Source: Marsupella aquatica (lineage: Eukaryota; Plantae; Marchantiophyta). Taken from it: a stretch of DNA of 64,000 nt. Each line of letters starts with the position of its first letter. Positions within the stretch are counted from its first letter, which is position 1. The notes beneath the pieces are model-generated. The model did no database searches. It worked only from the letters and a program-made list of their open reading frames with translations, and had not been told where the DNA came from. Below, one piece after another: positions 25,191 to 40,586 of the stretch. The translations under genes were made by a program, and so were the position numbers. The stretch spans positions 21,046,260 to 21,110,259 of the forward strand of contig OZ316897.1 in the NCBI GenBank assembly GCA_973895155.1, in the 5' to 3' direction.

Positions 25191-26479
25191 TGATATCTCG
25201 CATATTACTCACGGTTGGCCTTTAATTGCTCCGCTATGGTTATGATACTTGATGTTGCCACACTTGTTTCTTGTACCAAAGGGTCCGTGACATTTGGTTG
25301 TGGCACCTCACAAACTTCAATCCCCTTTTGTGCACTATTGTTGGGGGTGTCTTGCATTTTTGGGTTCCCTATTTTGGGCATATAGCTCGCAATCAACTTC
25401 TAATCTCTCCCCCGGGGTTCTCATATTCTTGAGAAAAATGCTTTAATTCGCTATTGGTGTTACCTGTTGAAATACACCCTTAAAGGCATGTTTTGGTTAG
25501 ATATCAGTCAAATACAGTCCGAAGCTTAAATTGAGCAAACTTTTGTAAATAGTCACATTGATGTTTTTGTATAGTGTATTCTTCTCTATAAAACACCAAA
25601 AGTTCAAAGAGAAAAATCACAAAGTACATTTAGGTCTGAAAAACTTAATATGACCACGTTTTTTTCCATTAAACATGAAGGTCTGGAAAATTTTTAATGA
25701 TCATCCCTGAATATGTGGAAGCAAGTAAAAATACCTCTTTGGCTATGAGAATCAGCAAGCCAGTGCCACTACAATTTGCATGTCGTCACTCTCCCAGGAG
25801 CAACTTTACGCCCACCGCCATGTAGGTCTTTCTTTGACCCTTCCGGAAAAGGACTGAGCAAATAGTAGCGAAATATTGTGTGAATATTTTCCCGGTGGGT
25901 TGCCCAATCACCCGATGGTACCTTAGCCACCTGTCCCTACCCGACTTGCCCAAAAATTCAGAATTCAAATTTTTGGCTTCCACCAATGCGATTGTTTGGA
26001 TTGTTTTTATCATTTTTCTCCCTCATTTTTATCATTTGATGATCTGGTTATTTCTGAGACGTAGATCTAAAAAAGATCTGCATTTTGAGCCGTAGATTGG
26101 CTCATTTGATGAATGGACAAAAGTAATCGGGCTTCTGATGGAAGAGCTACAAAAGGGCGCGCGTCAATATGTTTTTAGCGGACAATCAAGATTGTGTTTT
26201 ATTCTTTTTGAGTTTGTAAGTAGACAATCCCCCCAGAATTGGCGAGATTGCATATTATAGTACTTGATGCCAAGTAGAAAATATCTCTAGCATGCAATTA
26301 AAGGATATAGAGAAAAAACATTACCGGGTGTGAAAGATGTCAAACAAAAAATATGTCAAGAACAAAATGTGTCGAGCAAAAAGAAGTCGTGCATAAAACA
26401 TGTTGAAAAAAATAGATCAAAGAGAGGCCACAAAAACTACCTTCACAAAAAACAGAGAGAAAAACGAATAGCCCGACCC

Positions 26480-27420
26480 CCTCTTAAGAAATCTAACTAA
26501 ACAAAGAAAATCATTCCCCACCAAAAATAAATATTTAGAAAGTCTATTTGTGGCCTTGGGGGCAATTTGAATATATTAAGTATACTTCTCGTATATTTTG
26601 GAATAAATTTTATTGACACATCTTTCCTCTAAATGCATAATAGAATTGTGACCTCGCTCTCACTCTTTGGATCTTAAAATTTTATATTCTTTCCTTGGCT
26701 TTGTATTATAAATGACTTCTTATCTACTTAGGATGTATTTTTGTTTCCCTTACCTTGTTTATGTACCATACATGTCTTTGTACCTGACACCTTTTTATTA
26801 TCTCCAGTGTGGTATCCCATTGCCAACACACATGTTTACCTCACTATCCACTCTAACATTTTTAATGCACTAACTTGTGCTCCCTTCTATTCCATCGTAC
26901 ATGTCACTGACAGTCATCCCTATCCCATTGGACCCCATCCTCACATTCCTGGTACTTGCTCTGAAAACCATTTTTTTAATCCAATGGCACTAAAAAGTAA
27001 CATCCTCATCCCAAGGCATGCGAGTCATCCCCCACATCCCTATACCACCATGACACTTTATTTTTGTCATCTAACGGTCTGAAAAAATGTAAAATGATCC
27101 ATTGGTAGGATATCATTCCCGCCCATTGCGCTTTTCATAAACGAACGAAAACTAAAAAGAGTGGCATTGAGTATTATAGTGTTAGATAATAGGGCATTCT
27201 TTGGCCCGGATAGTGATGAAATGAGTGGTAGACTTGTAGACAGAACCTTAGGGAACAAGGTCTCTTTGAAAACTTAGAGGTGAGGTATCCTTTGGCCCGG
27301 GTAGCAAAAGAATAAGAAAACCATTATGAATCCAGAAGGGAGAGGTATCCCTAATCTTTCGATTATTAACCCATTTTTAGTTAGAGTCCATCTTTTAGAC
27401 AAGTCATCCATGAGACAATA
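26480..27420 (-). mobile_element. Possible highly degenerate LINE/retroelement fragment
   Basis: Minus-strand peptides WDTTLEIIKR and DHF loosely resemble L1 ORF2 linker and endonuclease end; many stops. Confidence 0.25.
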
Positions 27421-29350
27421 TTTAACCTATTATTTTGGAGCTCAATTTATAACTGCTGTTATGAGTTCTAACGAGCCAATAGTATACCCAGTAGTATCTT
27501 ATTGAGATGAGTGAGAGTGCATTATCTTTGTCTTCTATTGAAATAATAGATCTAAATAGGAGTCTAGATGACATTTTTGTTTCATTTTCTTTTGGAGATA
27601 TTAACATCCTATGTCATAAAAAGATTAATTTTTGAGAAGTGTTAGTCCGTAGGTATGGTGAAATAAGATTTAATAATATATATTTGTTTGACCTGAACCT
27701 TTCTTAATATCCACTACCTTTCTTACTAGAATTATCATTTTGATTTTAGTGTAGAACTTATGGGCATGCAAGATTTTTATTTTTATTTCTTTCAAAGAAA
27801 AGAAAAGAGGGCATGCAAGATTGACCTCATAAGAGTCAACATGCTCTTACCAGAAAACATGGTCACTCGGATAATGCTCACTGGTACCAACTCCAATCGT
27901 ACATTCATAGTGACTCTTAACAAGTTGATAACTCTTCAACTAATGCCTGCAGAAAAGGTTTTCACTATGTAGAATCAAGTGTGACCTTGAATTGGAGTGT
28001 GACTCACTTAAAAGAAAATATACAAACTTTGTAGAGAAAAAGACCAAGCAGAGTACAAAAAAACAAACAAAAGAGGTTCCAAGGGGACAAAATCAAATGC
28101 AAAAGAAGTGAGCAATAGGAAACCCCTAAAAACCAAGAAAGAGGAACTAAAACTAATGCAAACATATCGAGGTCCTCACCATTCCTAGCAAATGTGTTAA
28201 AATGTTAATGGTCCTCATCAAGTATCGAGACTAAATTGGCAAGTGGGATAGGAATGTCCTCTAGGGAGGCTAGCCGCTGCGGAGGCAAGTTAGAGTAGAG
28301 CAAAAGTTACGTTGTCAGGGCAACTAGTATTTAAACCCTATAAAAAAAGGAAGCTTCATTTTGTGTAGTCGAAGCTCAGTTATGATTAGCAACGATAGGC
28401 AAAAGCTCTATAAAGGTGTATCAGGCATGAGTTATCACTGGAGTACCAGGTGCGCCGGACCCAATGGCTAAACTGCATTTGGACTCATGCAACATGGCAT
28501 AATTGGACGGGGATCTCCAGCCAATCCATTTTTTTGGGTCAAATTGGACTCTGATATTTTTGAGCTTTCTATTCTCCTCTATAGGGACATGGAGACTGGT
28601 ATATGAGAGACACTAGGAGTTGCTACCATTTCTTCAGGTGTTAACTGATAATCAAGAACACTAAGCTTGATAGGAATGGAGAGTGAGTTTGTAGCTTGAT
28701 CTTGGCTTATGAACTGAGGAGATGAGTGAATCGCTCTGATGCACACCTAATTTCCTTGCACTCTAGGGAGTCTCAATCTATTGATTCTAGAGGGGGAAAT
28801 TTGAAATTTGAGTGTTTGAAATTTGTCTACAGAATGGTTGCACATTCTTGGCAGCAGGGGAGGATCATCACATTTTTACAATAATCAACGTTGCCCATGT
28901 AGCTTTGAACTTGGTCTGGCAGCTGAAGCATTAGGATTTGTTAATCTGGTTAACCCTGGTTTGGATATTCCAGCCCCAGTCAAAGCAAATCACCCCTCAT
29001 GCAGGTTTTCCATTTTGGAAGTCCCGGCCATTGTTATTATTATTAAGAACGCTTTTTTCAGTCTCAGCCCCCCCCCCCCCCTCCCCCCCAACAAAAAAAA
29101 ATACAGGATCACCCAGGTTTGAGACGCCCTTGTGCAGGGGGATCAAACAAGGGAAAACCAGGAAGGCCAAAAAGCCCTAGAGCCCTAGGGAAAGTCCACC
29201 ACAACAAACAAAAACTAAAATCCCTTTGCATTTGGGACGCAGCCTTCCTACCGTAGTGTGCACCGAAATGACCGAATAGAATAGAATTAAATGTGAATAA
29301 ATCTACGGTTCTTATCCTTGCGATATGCCGGCCACTTACGGAACAGTACA

Positions 29351-29380
29351 GTGCTGTGCTGTGCTGTGCTGTGCTGTGCT
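29351..29380. repeat. (GTGCT)6 microsatellite
   Basis: Read directly from the sequence. Confidence 0.95.
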
Positions 29381-29899
29381 TCGATTGCATTATTGCAAGC
29401 TGGTGTCCAATAATAAATACTTGGGTACAAACCCATTTCGTGCAGTTCATACGCCTTCGTCCTCTTCTCTCTCCCTTGCTCACGGGAGTTCTTTCCACCA
29501 AGTTTTCATCGAGAGTGAGCACCGGGATCATCAGTCTAGCATGCACCTTTTTTCAGCTTCCGTTGGGCTTCGCTGAGCCACGTCCAGACTTTAGTAGGTG
29601 TGACCAATAATTGAGCAGACCCAGACCTCAAACCTGTGCAAAAGACGGGCCGCTCGATCGAGAATAGAGCTCCTCCGGTGTGGTGGAAGAGGTAGTGGTT
29701 GTTGTAGACTTGTAGATGCATAGTTGGTGATGCCTCAAATTTAGGGAGTTGTTGGGATCATGTTTTTGCTCGATTTGCGCCCTACGTGTTTTTCAATGGA
29801 GCCTGTGTGCTCCCTCTATTGCGATGTAGTTCTTTTCGGATGGTTAGGAGCAACCTAGTTGTCATCCGGGTACCAGCTATGGCGAAGTTTGATGGGACA

Positions 29900-31050
29900 A
29901 GCTGTTGGGGCTGTGGTCTAAGAGCTTTCTCCTCGTTCCTTGGCGGTGCTTCCCGTGACTGGATGATGGTTCTTCTGGCGCCAGAGACCATGCAGCCAAG
30001 CCCGCTCTCTCGTCACCGTTGAAGGCGCACATCTTTCTTTCTTTCCGCTCCATACGGTTTCTTGCTCTGGTTCTGCTGCTATTGCGAGATCTGTTGGAAA
30101 TGCAGGGCTGAGCCACTGACGGGTTTCAATCTGTGCCTAGTGAGACATTGAACCCCAAGGATCTGTGACGGAGTTGTACTGCTTCCTCCGACTCAAGTGA
30201 ATACTTTGGCAGTTGTCCGCCTCGAAGAACCTTTCATCAGAGTATTGCCATGACTTGCAGACCTTGCCTGAAGCCTTCGGACGGTTGTCCGCCTTGGTCG
30301 GTCCGCAACTTTTTGCTACCATCGAAATCAAGATGGTTCAAGGTGCACCATTGCCCAAAGGATTCAGGCAAGGTTTGCAGGTCACAGCAACCAGAATCAT
30401 TTGTGCAACTTATCGCCTTACACCGTCGATTCTTCTGTTTTTTCAGTAGATCACTAAGCTTGTCTGATTGTTTTGGACTTAAGAAGCTGGCCTGAAACCG
30501 GTGGGTAGTTGCACGCCTTTAAAACCTAACCTTGTTCATGTGGAGGTCCGGGTTGTTTTGAACTACTAGACACAGAGTTGCTGACGCTTGTAATATGTCA
30601 GGGACTTGTTGGGAAGAAGTCTCTGCTCTATTCTCCTGTATGTAGAATCTCATATGCATAGAACCTCTTGAAGCTAGAAACTCCTCCGTCAGTGGCAACG
30701 CTTATCCGGGATTGGATGATGGTACTTCTAGAGCCAGGGACCGTCCAGCCAAGCTGTCTATTGCTCACCTATCTATCTTGGTCTCTGCGCGCTAACAAGC
30801 TCGGTGTTTCAGTAGGTGTGTTTCTGCGCAAACTTGTCTTTGAAACACTCCTTTGTCCCGTCGATACGGTTTTCTGCTTTAGTTCTGCTGATTATTGCGA
30901 GATCAATGCGAGATTTGTTGGAAAACTTCAATCGGTACCTCCTGGGACATTGAACCCCAACGATCTGTTACGGATTTGTACTGCTTGATCCATCTCGACT
31001 CATTCTTGGCTGCCCTCTCTGTTTTTCTCGTACTGGGCTCGAACTCATGT
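29900..31050 (+). pseudogene. Degenerate leucine-rich-repeat (NLR-like) gene remnant with internal duplication
   Basis: Peptide LSASKNLSSEYCHDLQTLPEAFGRLSAL fits the LxxLxLxxCxxLxxLPxxFGxL consensus. 29955-30200 is similar to 30705-31005. No intact frame. Confidence 0.4.
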
Positions 31051-33562
31051 TTTCAAAGCAGAACTTGCGTGTTGGTCAGGGTTAGTCTTACGAATGTTCA
31101 CAAGTATCCGCGTCTGAGAACCTAGGACCTTTTTTAACACATTGAGGGGAAGTTTCTGTTGTGGGAAGTTTCTGTTGTGGTACACCTCATCGTGAAAGCT
31201 CTCTCATTGCTAATGTTGAAGATGGCCGTTTGTTTAGCTTCTGCAAGCTTTTGAACGAACAGGGTGCACAATTAAATTCGAAGTTTGATGACATAAGGAG
31301 ATTGTATCCATAGTGGCAAGTCCATGGACTTGGGGAAAGTCTACCCAAAAGTGGTTCACTCTAATATTCTTGTCTAATCTTGAGTGACTCGTTGAATTGA
31401 GTGGCTAACTTTGTCCCAACACAATGAAGCCAGTGTGCGGGGAGTCAGACCTGGGACAGGCTTGTCCAGAAAACTTTCGAATGCTGCCCAAAGTAATGAT
31501 TATTCTCAGTGCACTAAGACAGTGCCAGGAATGAAAGGCTAGTTGGATAATGCCAGGATCTTAGGTTTGGCAGATTTGGGCTAGTACTTGGTTCGAGATG
31601 TGAAGTTGATCATTGGAGGACAAGATACTGTGAAAGATGTAGTGTGGGGCAATATGTACTCTTAGGGCAAATTAATTGAAGCACAAAGAAGCTGGTCTAA
31701 CCTAAAGAGGCAAAATAGTGTTACTTGTTGTAGATGACATCTCATCGTTATTGGACCTGGTCAGCTATTTAGCTGCAGAGAGTCGATTCATTTTAACAGC
31801 TTTTTAAAAGCTTGGGTGAAATTCATCCTGTCCGAAAATAGTAGTGATGAGGTGATGGAACCTCTAACCTAAAGAGGCAAAATAGTGTTACTTCACTAGC
31901 CAAGTAGTTGAAAGGGCGTTATGGAATCTACCATCGAGACGCGTGATGTGTTGCCTCCTCACAAGAAGCTATAGGAAAGTGCTTGCAGAGGAAACAAAAC
32001 GACGAAAATGGGGAGCAGATTCTTAACGCAGTAGGGAAAACAGAGGATGTTAGAAACCTTAATGAGAGATCGTGGTTTTAAATTACAGGTAAGTCATGAT
32101 GATCTTGAACAAATGGAGAAGTAAGTATTTTTTGTATGCTACGACTGCTTTTGCTGTTTCGTCGTAGACTTCGCGAGGTGGCCGAACAGCATGGAGATAG
32201 ACTTTCATACGACTAGTGGGAGGTTGCCATGACAAACATTGGTGGGCATGTCTTGGGTGCATGGACAGCAAGGGAACCAAGGAATAAAGACACGTACAAG
32301 AATGGCAAGGAGGGATTGAAGATGCTACCTCTCATTCTACCATTACTATGAGTTGCATACCTAGTATGAATCCCTCGGAGAATTGGCTGCCTTGGAACCA
32401 GTCACACTTTTATATGTAGCTATGAGTTCCTTCCCGGAGTAAATGAATGATACTTTGTCTGGTCTTGCGATCAGAAGGCAGGGTCTTCATTGTTAAATGG
32501 ATTCATCCTTGATTCGAAAAAGTCGACCTGTTTCAAGAAATTTTGCATATTACTATTTTCACCTGTTGACCGCGTTTCCAAACTGTTTGAAATACCATAA
32601 TTCGATCTAACTCGGCTTAGAATATCAGCTGAACTCATGATTGAAATTCCTCTCATTGGCTCAGGAAATATTTCAACAGATTACAATGCCCTGAGTCATA
32701 GTTGTCGTAGATGAGTCAATTTGATCTCTACCTCTTTTGAGCTCAGCAGATCTACCATCACCACTTCTCGAGCTCAGGCTGGGAAGGGATTACATGCAAC
32801 CATAGTCAAGGGTTCGTGCTTCTAAATAAATCGCAAGGAAGCATTGGCACCATCACCCCAATCAGACAACTCTTCATCCCTCAATGCTTGGTGGAATATT
32901 TCTTTATGCGCATCTCAGAGATTATATATATCTCAAATTTCGATCCCATAGTTGATGGATATAACAGACTTACTCAAAGGTCTTGTTTAGCCAAACAGGA
33001 AATAGGACTTCGTAATAGGACTGAGGATTATATCAGGCTTGGAATGCCAGTTTTGAGTAAGACACCGTGCATAACGCGTTCAAAGCTCATATGAATCATG
33101 TCATCTAGACGAAACTATTCACGACGTGTTGCACTTATAAAGGCAGAGAATCTCTACTCCACGACAGAGATCTCTAAAGACAGCTTCGGTATCTCAGGTT
33201 TGTTCTCGACTTCTAAGGACAAAGGCGGAGGAGGCGAAGAAGTTAAGTCACAGTCTAGACACTTTGACTACGATTCAAGGAAAAAAGGTGGCAATTCGCT
33301 GCAAACAAGGGTCCACATTATCACTCCCAGGTCTAGTGGAGAATCAAACATTACAGTCACAACGTCGAGTTACGAAGACAATTACATATACAACCTTCGA
33401 AAAATTGCTATTAAAGCAGTCATATTTTGATGAAGTCTAAATTACTCTTGATCAAAATTGGGCCCTCGTTGTGGCACTAACTGAGTGGGAAGTATTCAAT
33501 CCTATCGATGCACAGCTAGATAGCCAGACAAATTACGGATCCAATCCCGGCACAGTTAGAGT

Positions 33563-35310
<1,748 letters not shown>

Positions 35311-35472
35311 GGCGAAAAAGCAGAGCAGCGATCCGCCGTAGCGATGGACGAGCACAGCGACGACAACGACGACAACGACGACGACGAAAGATGGTCGATC
35401 CCAAAGGCACGAAAGGAAGCGAAACCGCAACCTTATTGAGGCCCAAGAGACGGAACAGCGAATATCTGAGGC

Positions 35473-35481
35473 TTAGGGTTT
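35473..35481 (-). promoter_or_regulatory. Telo-box (AAACCCTAA) upstream of RPL10, near a site II-like GGCCCA at ~35440
   Basis: ttagggttt ~165 bp upstream of the ATG; this motif is typical of plant ribosomal protein promoters. Confidence 0.6.
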
Positions 35482-35669
35482 CATCCAGCGTTCGCGTTCA
35501 TCAGTACAGTGGGAGGGAGTCGTCCTGAGTGGAGTGGGCATGGAACCGGAGGGGTAGGGTAGCTTTCCATTCACCCCCTCTGTCACCCCGCCTCCCCCTC
35601 CCTATTCTGTCAATCACTTTACCTTAGAACTACAGTAGCTGGCAAATCATATTCTGGTTTAATTCACTC

Positions 35670-36280
35670 CCATTCACCACCATTGACGCATTAGCCATAA
35701 ATTGTTGTACAATTGACTATCAGTACTGCATATACACTTAGATATATTTGCTTGATGAGACCCCAAAATAAAAAGTGTTACTTGAGAGTACCCTTCACCA
35801 CCATTGATGCATTAGCCATAAATTGTTGTACAAATGACTATCAGTTTTGCATAACTACACTAAGATATATTGCTTGATGAGACCCCAAAATAAAAAAGTG
35901 TTACTTGAGAGTACCCTTCACCACCATTGAGATATTAGCCATAAATTGTTGTACAAATGACTATCAGTTTTGCATAACTACACTAAGATATATTGCTTGA
36001 TGAGACCCCAAAATAAAAAGTGTTACTTGAGAGTACCCTTCACCACCATTGACGCATTAGCCATAAATCATTGTACAAATGACTATCAGTACTGCATCAC
36101 TACACTTAAGATATATTTGCTTGATGAGACCCCAAAATAAAAAGTGTTACTTGAGAGTACCCTTCACCACCATTGACGCATTAGCCATAAATTATGGTAC
36201 AATTGAGTATCCGTCCTGCATAACTACACTAAGATATATTTGCTTGATGAGACCTTAAAATAAAAAGTGTTACTTGAGAG
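35670..36280. repeat. ~122-bp tandem repeat, 5 copies
   Basis: 'ttcaccaccattgacgcattagccataaatt...gcttgatgagaccccaaaataaaaagtgttacttgagag' starts at ~35673, 35794, 35917, 36039 and 36163. Confidence 0.95.
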
Positions 36281-39200
36281 GATGCAAAGTGATACAGACC
36301 ATTGGTTGACCTTGATAGACCTTGAAACAACGTAACCAAAACCTCAGGGGTCCTATCAAGTAACACTTGTCCTTTTTAGGGTTCCATCAAGCAAATACCT
36401 CCTACACTAAAAGTCTTCCTGCACTGTAAAGTTTTGTCTAAACCTTGGCAAACTGAGAAAAACAAGAAGAAATGGCTTGGTGGGACACAGGAAGTGCACC
36501 ACTGGTGGAGGGCTGGAGATGTATTTGATTTTCCCCAATCAGGGTGAATCCAGTTCAGAATGCTCTTGGCCTGACAGTCCTGCAGTTTTTTCCGCCCCCT
36601 GTTTCTTTATTGCTTCACACTCAGTTCACAATAATAGTGCAGGAAAATACATTGCCATCAATTCTCTTTCAATGAGGAAAACATAGAGCAAATTGTTGAC
36701 AAGGCTAAGTTGAATGGAAACCTGCACAAACAGGCTACTACAAGTACACATTTTATTTTCACCACCCACATGACAGTGGACGAGGACCACATTTCCATTT
36801 GGCCATCTGTTTGAGGGAGACCCTCAAAACAATGGATGGACAAGAGATCTCAGACATGGGTAAGGGTGAATGGAATAGACTTCCCCCCATTTGCCAGACA
36901 GGGGAATGGAGGAGTTTGGTGTGAATATATAGGATAATGATGGTTGATCTGGGGTTAGGAGACTGTAACCTTGTGACCAGAAAATGAAGAAAACCTGACC
37001 AGCATAAACCATTGTGACTATAAAGTGAGGAAAACCTGACTGGCAACAACCCCCTGTGACCAGAAAGTAACAAAAACTTGACTGGCAGCAGTCAGGAAGC
37101 TTGTCTGAGGAGTAGCCTTCAGGCTACAACCCATCCCCAGACCTCCATTATAATACACAATTACAGTCCAAGAAAAGGTTACTTTCAAGCAATAGATTGT
37201 GGGAATAGCAGGTACTTCCAAAATTGATTACACATTGGTAGCATGCATTTTGTACAGAAATTATGAAAAGTGGCCCGTGTTCTGGTGAACTAAGTGTCCA
37301 GCTTACTGCAATCACTTCGCCAAGACCTCTAGCTGCTACCATGGTATGTTGCTGGCAAACAGTAGCCCAGTAGGAAGGATGGCCTGATATGCTAGCCTGG
37401 GGTGTTGTTGGTAAATGCCAAAAGTCATAGGGAGCACTTAGTACAGAGTAAAGTATTAGTCAGTGTTTTGGCCGCAGTAAAGTAATGCCAGAATATGCCT
37501 TGGAATTTTGGCAGTCTCCCGGGAAAATCCAACCAGAAAATTTGGGAATTTTTGAAAAATATTAAACAATCCTGATCAATGATTTGCATGCAATGGTTAC
37601 AAGAAATTGTTAACAAATTCTTTATTCACCCTGAAAACAAGCCCGAAATACTACCAGCATTTTGTTGGCTTATGACATTGAGTAATATATGATACGGCAT
37701 ATAATTTTATTTGTGGTGCTCAAACATGTAGGTTGCCATCATACAACATACAGCTGTATGATACTTAGATGTAGGCTGCCATCACACTTTTACATTGCAA
37801 TGTAAAAAAACCGTAACACTTCAAGAAAGTGTCTGAAAATCTTGTGAAGAATGTCCATCATCAATATCTCAGATGTACCTAAGGCATTGCACAGTCCAAA
37901 AGACATTTTCCTAAAAGCAAAGGTGCCAAAATCAATTGTGAAGGTGGTCAGAACCTGTTCCTCCTTTCTGAAGAAAACCTGGTTGTAGTGAATAATCCAT
38001 CATGGAAGCTATAAAACAACTGCCATATTCCCTGGTCCAAGATCATACTGGCACAGGGGAATGGGTAGTTGCTTCCTGTAGTTTTCACAAATCCTCTTAG
38101 CTTTCCCATCTGGTTTTTGGTTTTGTCTTCTTTTTTATCATTACAATTGGTAATACCCATTCATTGTCAGGGACAGCCTAAATAAAACCAATCTCTATAA
38201 GCTTGTCAATTTACTCCACCCTCATGTACTTGGAATTTAGCCAATATTGTCATTGGCAGTCAGGCACTGCATCCTCGTTCAAGTGTATCCTATGGTGTCC
38301 ATACTCTGGTCATATTCCTCTGCTACCTTGGTGAGACCAGGCAAATGTCTTGTCAAAGAGCTGCAAATAATATTCCTTATTTATGTGGAGTTTTTACTGA
38401 TCAAGAATCTCCTGTCCTTGGCGATTCCCAATACCTCATATTTTACAGGGTTTACAATTACCTTCCCTTAATACTACTTCACTCGTTTCTGGGAAATGTT
38501 GTGGAATCGCAGACCAGGGTATAGCTGCTGACAAAATCTCCTCTCCTTCAATGGACCCGACGACTTGGATTGTGCTGGTGCACCCAATCTGGGGTCAGAG
38601 CTACTCTTGTACTTCCCAAAAAGGATTTTCTAGTTCTGTGGAAGCCGAATCATGTTCCTCTTATAGCTCTATCTCCTTTTAAAAAGGTCCTTCTTCCAAG
38701 ATTCCAACTTCAACCGCTTCAGGAAAACCCTTGCTCTGATGATAGAAAGGGGTCCCCTCCACCGCATGTATATACCAGCAACCAGAGCCCTCCTCTTTGG
38801 GCCACTCAGGTATCACCCTTATCACTCAACTCAGTTTCTGGTTGCAGCTGGAATTTGATTGGAGGTCTCACAAAACGTTGTAGTAGAAAGTGCTGCCACA
38901 ATACTGTCCTATAAATACGCACGAGGCTCTTAACTATCTCAGCGTACCACACCCAGGCATTTCGGATAGTGGGGTGATTTGTAAGGTTGATATATGCGGC
39001 ACCACAGCGGGGCACCAGGCGTACCAATTCCATGTCGAAAGCGATTCTGCAGTCTTGGTGAACGTGGTCTTTTATTGCCACATTTCCGGAGTCTGTGCCT
39101 TACCATTTACATGGTCGATAACGAAATGTATCATATGGGTAATAAACGAAAGAAGGTACGACTCCATGACATTTGGTCCAACCATTCCCAATCACCCTGA

Positions 39201-40586
39201 TCACACAGAACGAAGTCTCCAAGATATAACACCCAAGTTTATTAATAAAGAACATCTCAATCGCTCAAGAAATTGGGCAATGACCGACGCTTAAATTATT
39301 GCAAACCGACCTCAGAGCAGGAACTCTACAAATAACCTGTCCATCAATGCCTGTTTGCAAGAGCATATGGACGACCGAGTGGATTGCTCTACCTAAGATT
39401 CTAGAAGCCCGTAAACAACGAAGTCTCAAGAGTCCCACAAGTAATTGAGATATCAAGAATGATCATTTATTCAACAGGGCAACAAATTCTCTAAATGGTC
39501 GAATACTAAATACAGTCAGCCTCCGGTGCTATCCCAATCTACAGTACGTGATTGGGGAGTGCCAACGTTACCCTTCTACATTGGACCTGACAATAATTAC
39601 GTCAAAAATGTAAATGATACAAACAGAGGCAGCAAATGGTGCCTTCTGAGAAGACTGCTCTAATCTCAGGAGATCCGACACTCAATACACCTTGCCGGGT
39701 TGCTCACGTCACTCAAGCATCAGAAGATCCCCGTGGCCCTACAACCCATATTTAGTTGACCCTCAAATTACATGGTATTTACACATCAAAAAGCCCAAAG
39801 CTTGCCGAAACGAGGTTGCCCTGAACTCTACATAGCTCTTGCTCGCAGTAATAGAGTGCGGGACTTTCAAAATACTCTCTCTAGGACACTTCGGTCTTGA
39901 TGTCAGCACATCATAGACGCATCAGTCTAGGACCAGAAGAGGTTCAAAATCAGGAAGTGGCTGGCCGGGCCAGGAACCTCTCTTCAGCAATTTCATGCTC
40001 TACACGCAGACTGATAGCTTTGTGGAATCAAGGGCCCATCGTTCTAGACATTGTTCTCAAACATCTGTCGCCGAAGACATTGAACAATGACTATGATCAA
40101 AATCTATAGTCTCTCGTTGTGACGAGCAATTTGGCGAAGTTAACACCAAAGGTTTCTCTCGAGGTATGTGTTTTGTACTAGGGCGAGTAGACAATGCTGA
40201 ACTGTGTCGAGGAACAGAGGCGGTAGTAGTCGTCTTCGGTAGTGGGTCAGTAGGAGGGAAGATCTTCACCTTAGGTTGAATGCAACCACCCTACTTCAGA
40301 TTCAAAAGGAGCACACAGGGTACCTGATGGATTGGGCAAGACAATCAAAGTGTCATGCCTTGGCTCGGTATTTTGATAGAAGTTGACTTGATCTACTGGT
40401 TGATCCTCCACATCAGGTTTCACTAATTGAAACTACACGGAAAAACATTAGCACCAGGGTGATGAAGACCAACTCCCAGGATCTGACTAATGAGATCATG
40501 GAAGGAGCGCGTATGATTCCTGAGGGAGAATGCGACACCTCTCAATTGGCCTCAAGAGGTTCCAAAGACACTGTAAAGGAGCGTGC

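Noticed and set aside
24810-25193. Repetitive ORFs on both strands
   Set aside because: Products of the 18-bp tandem repeat.
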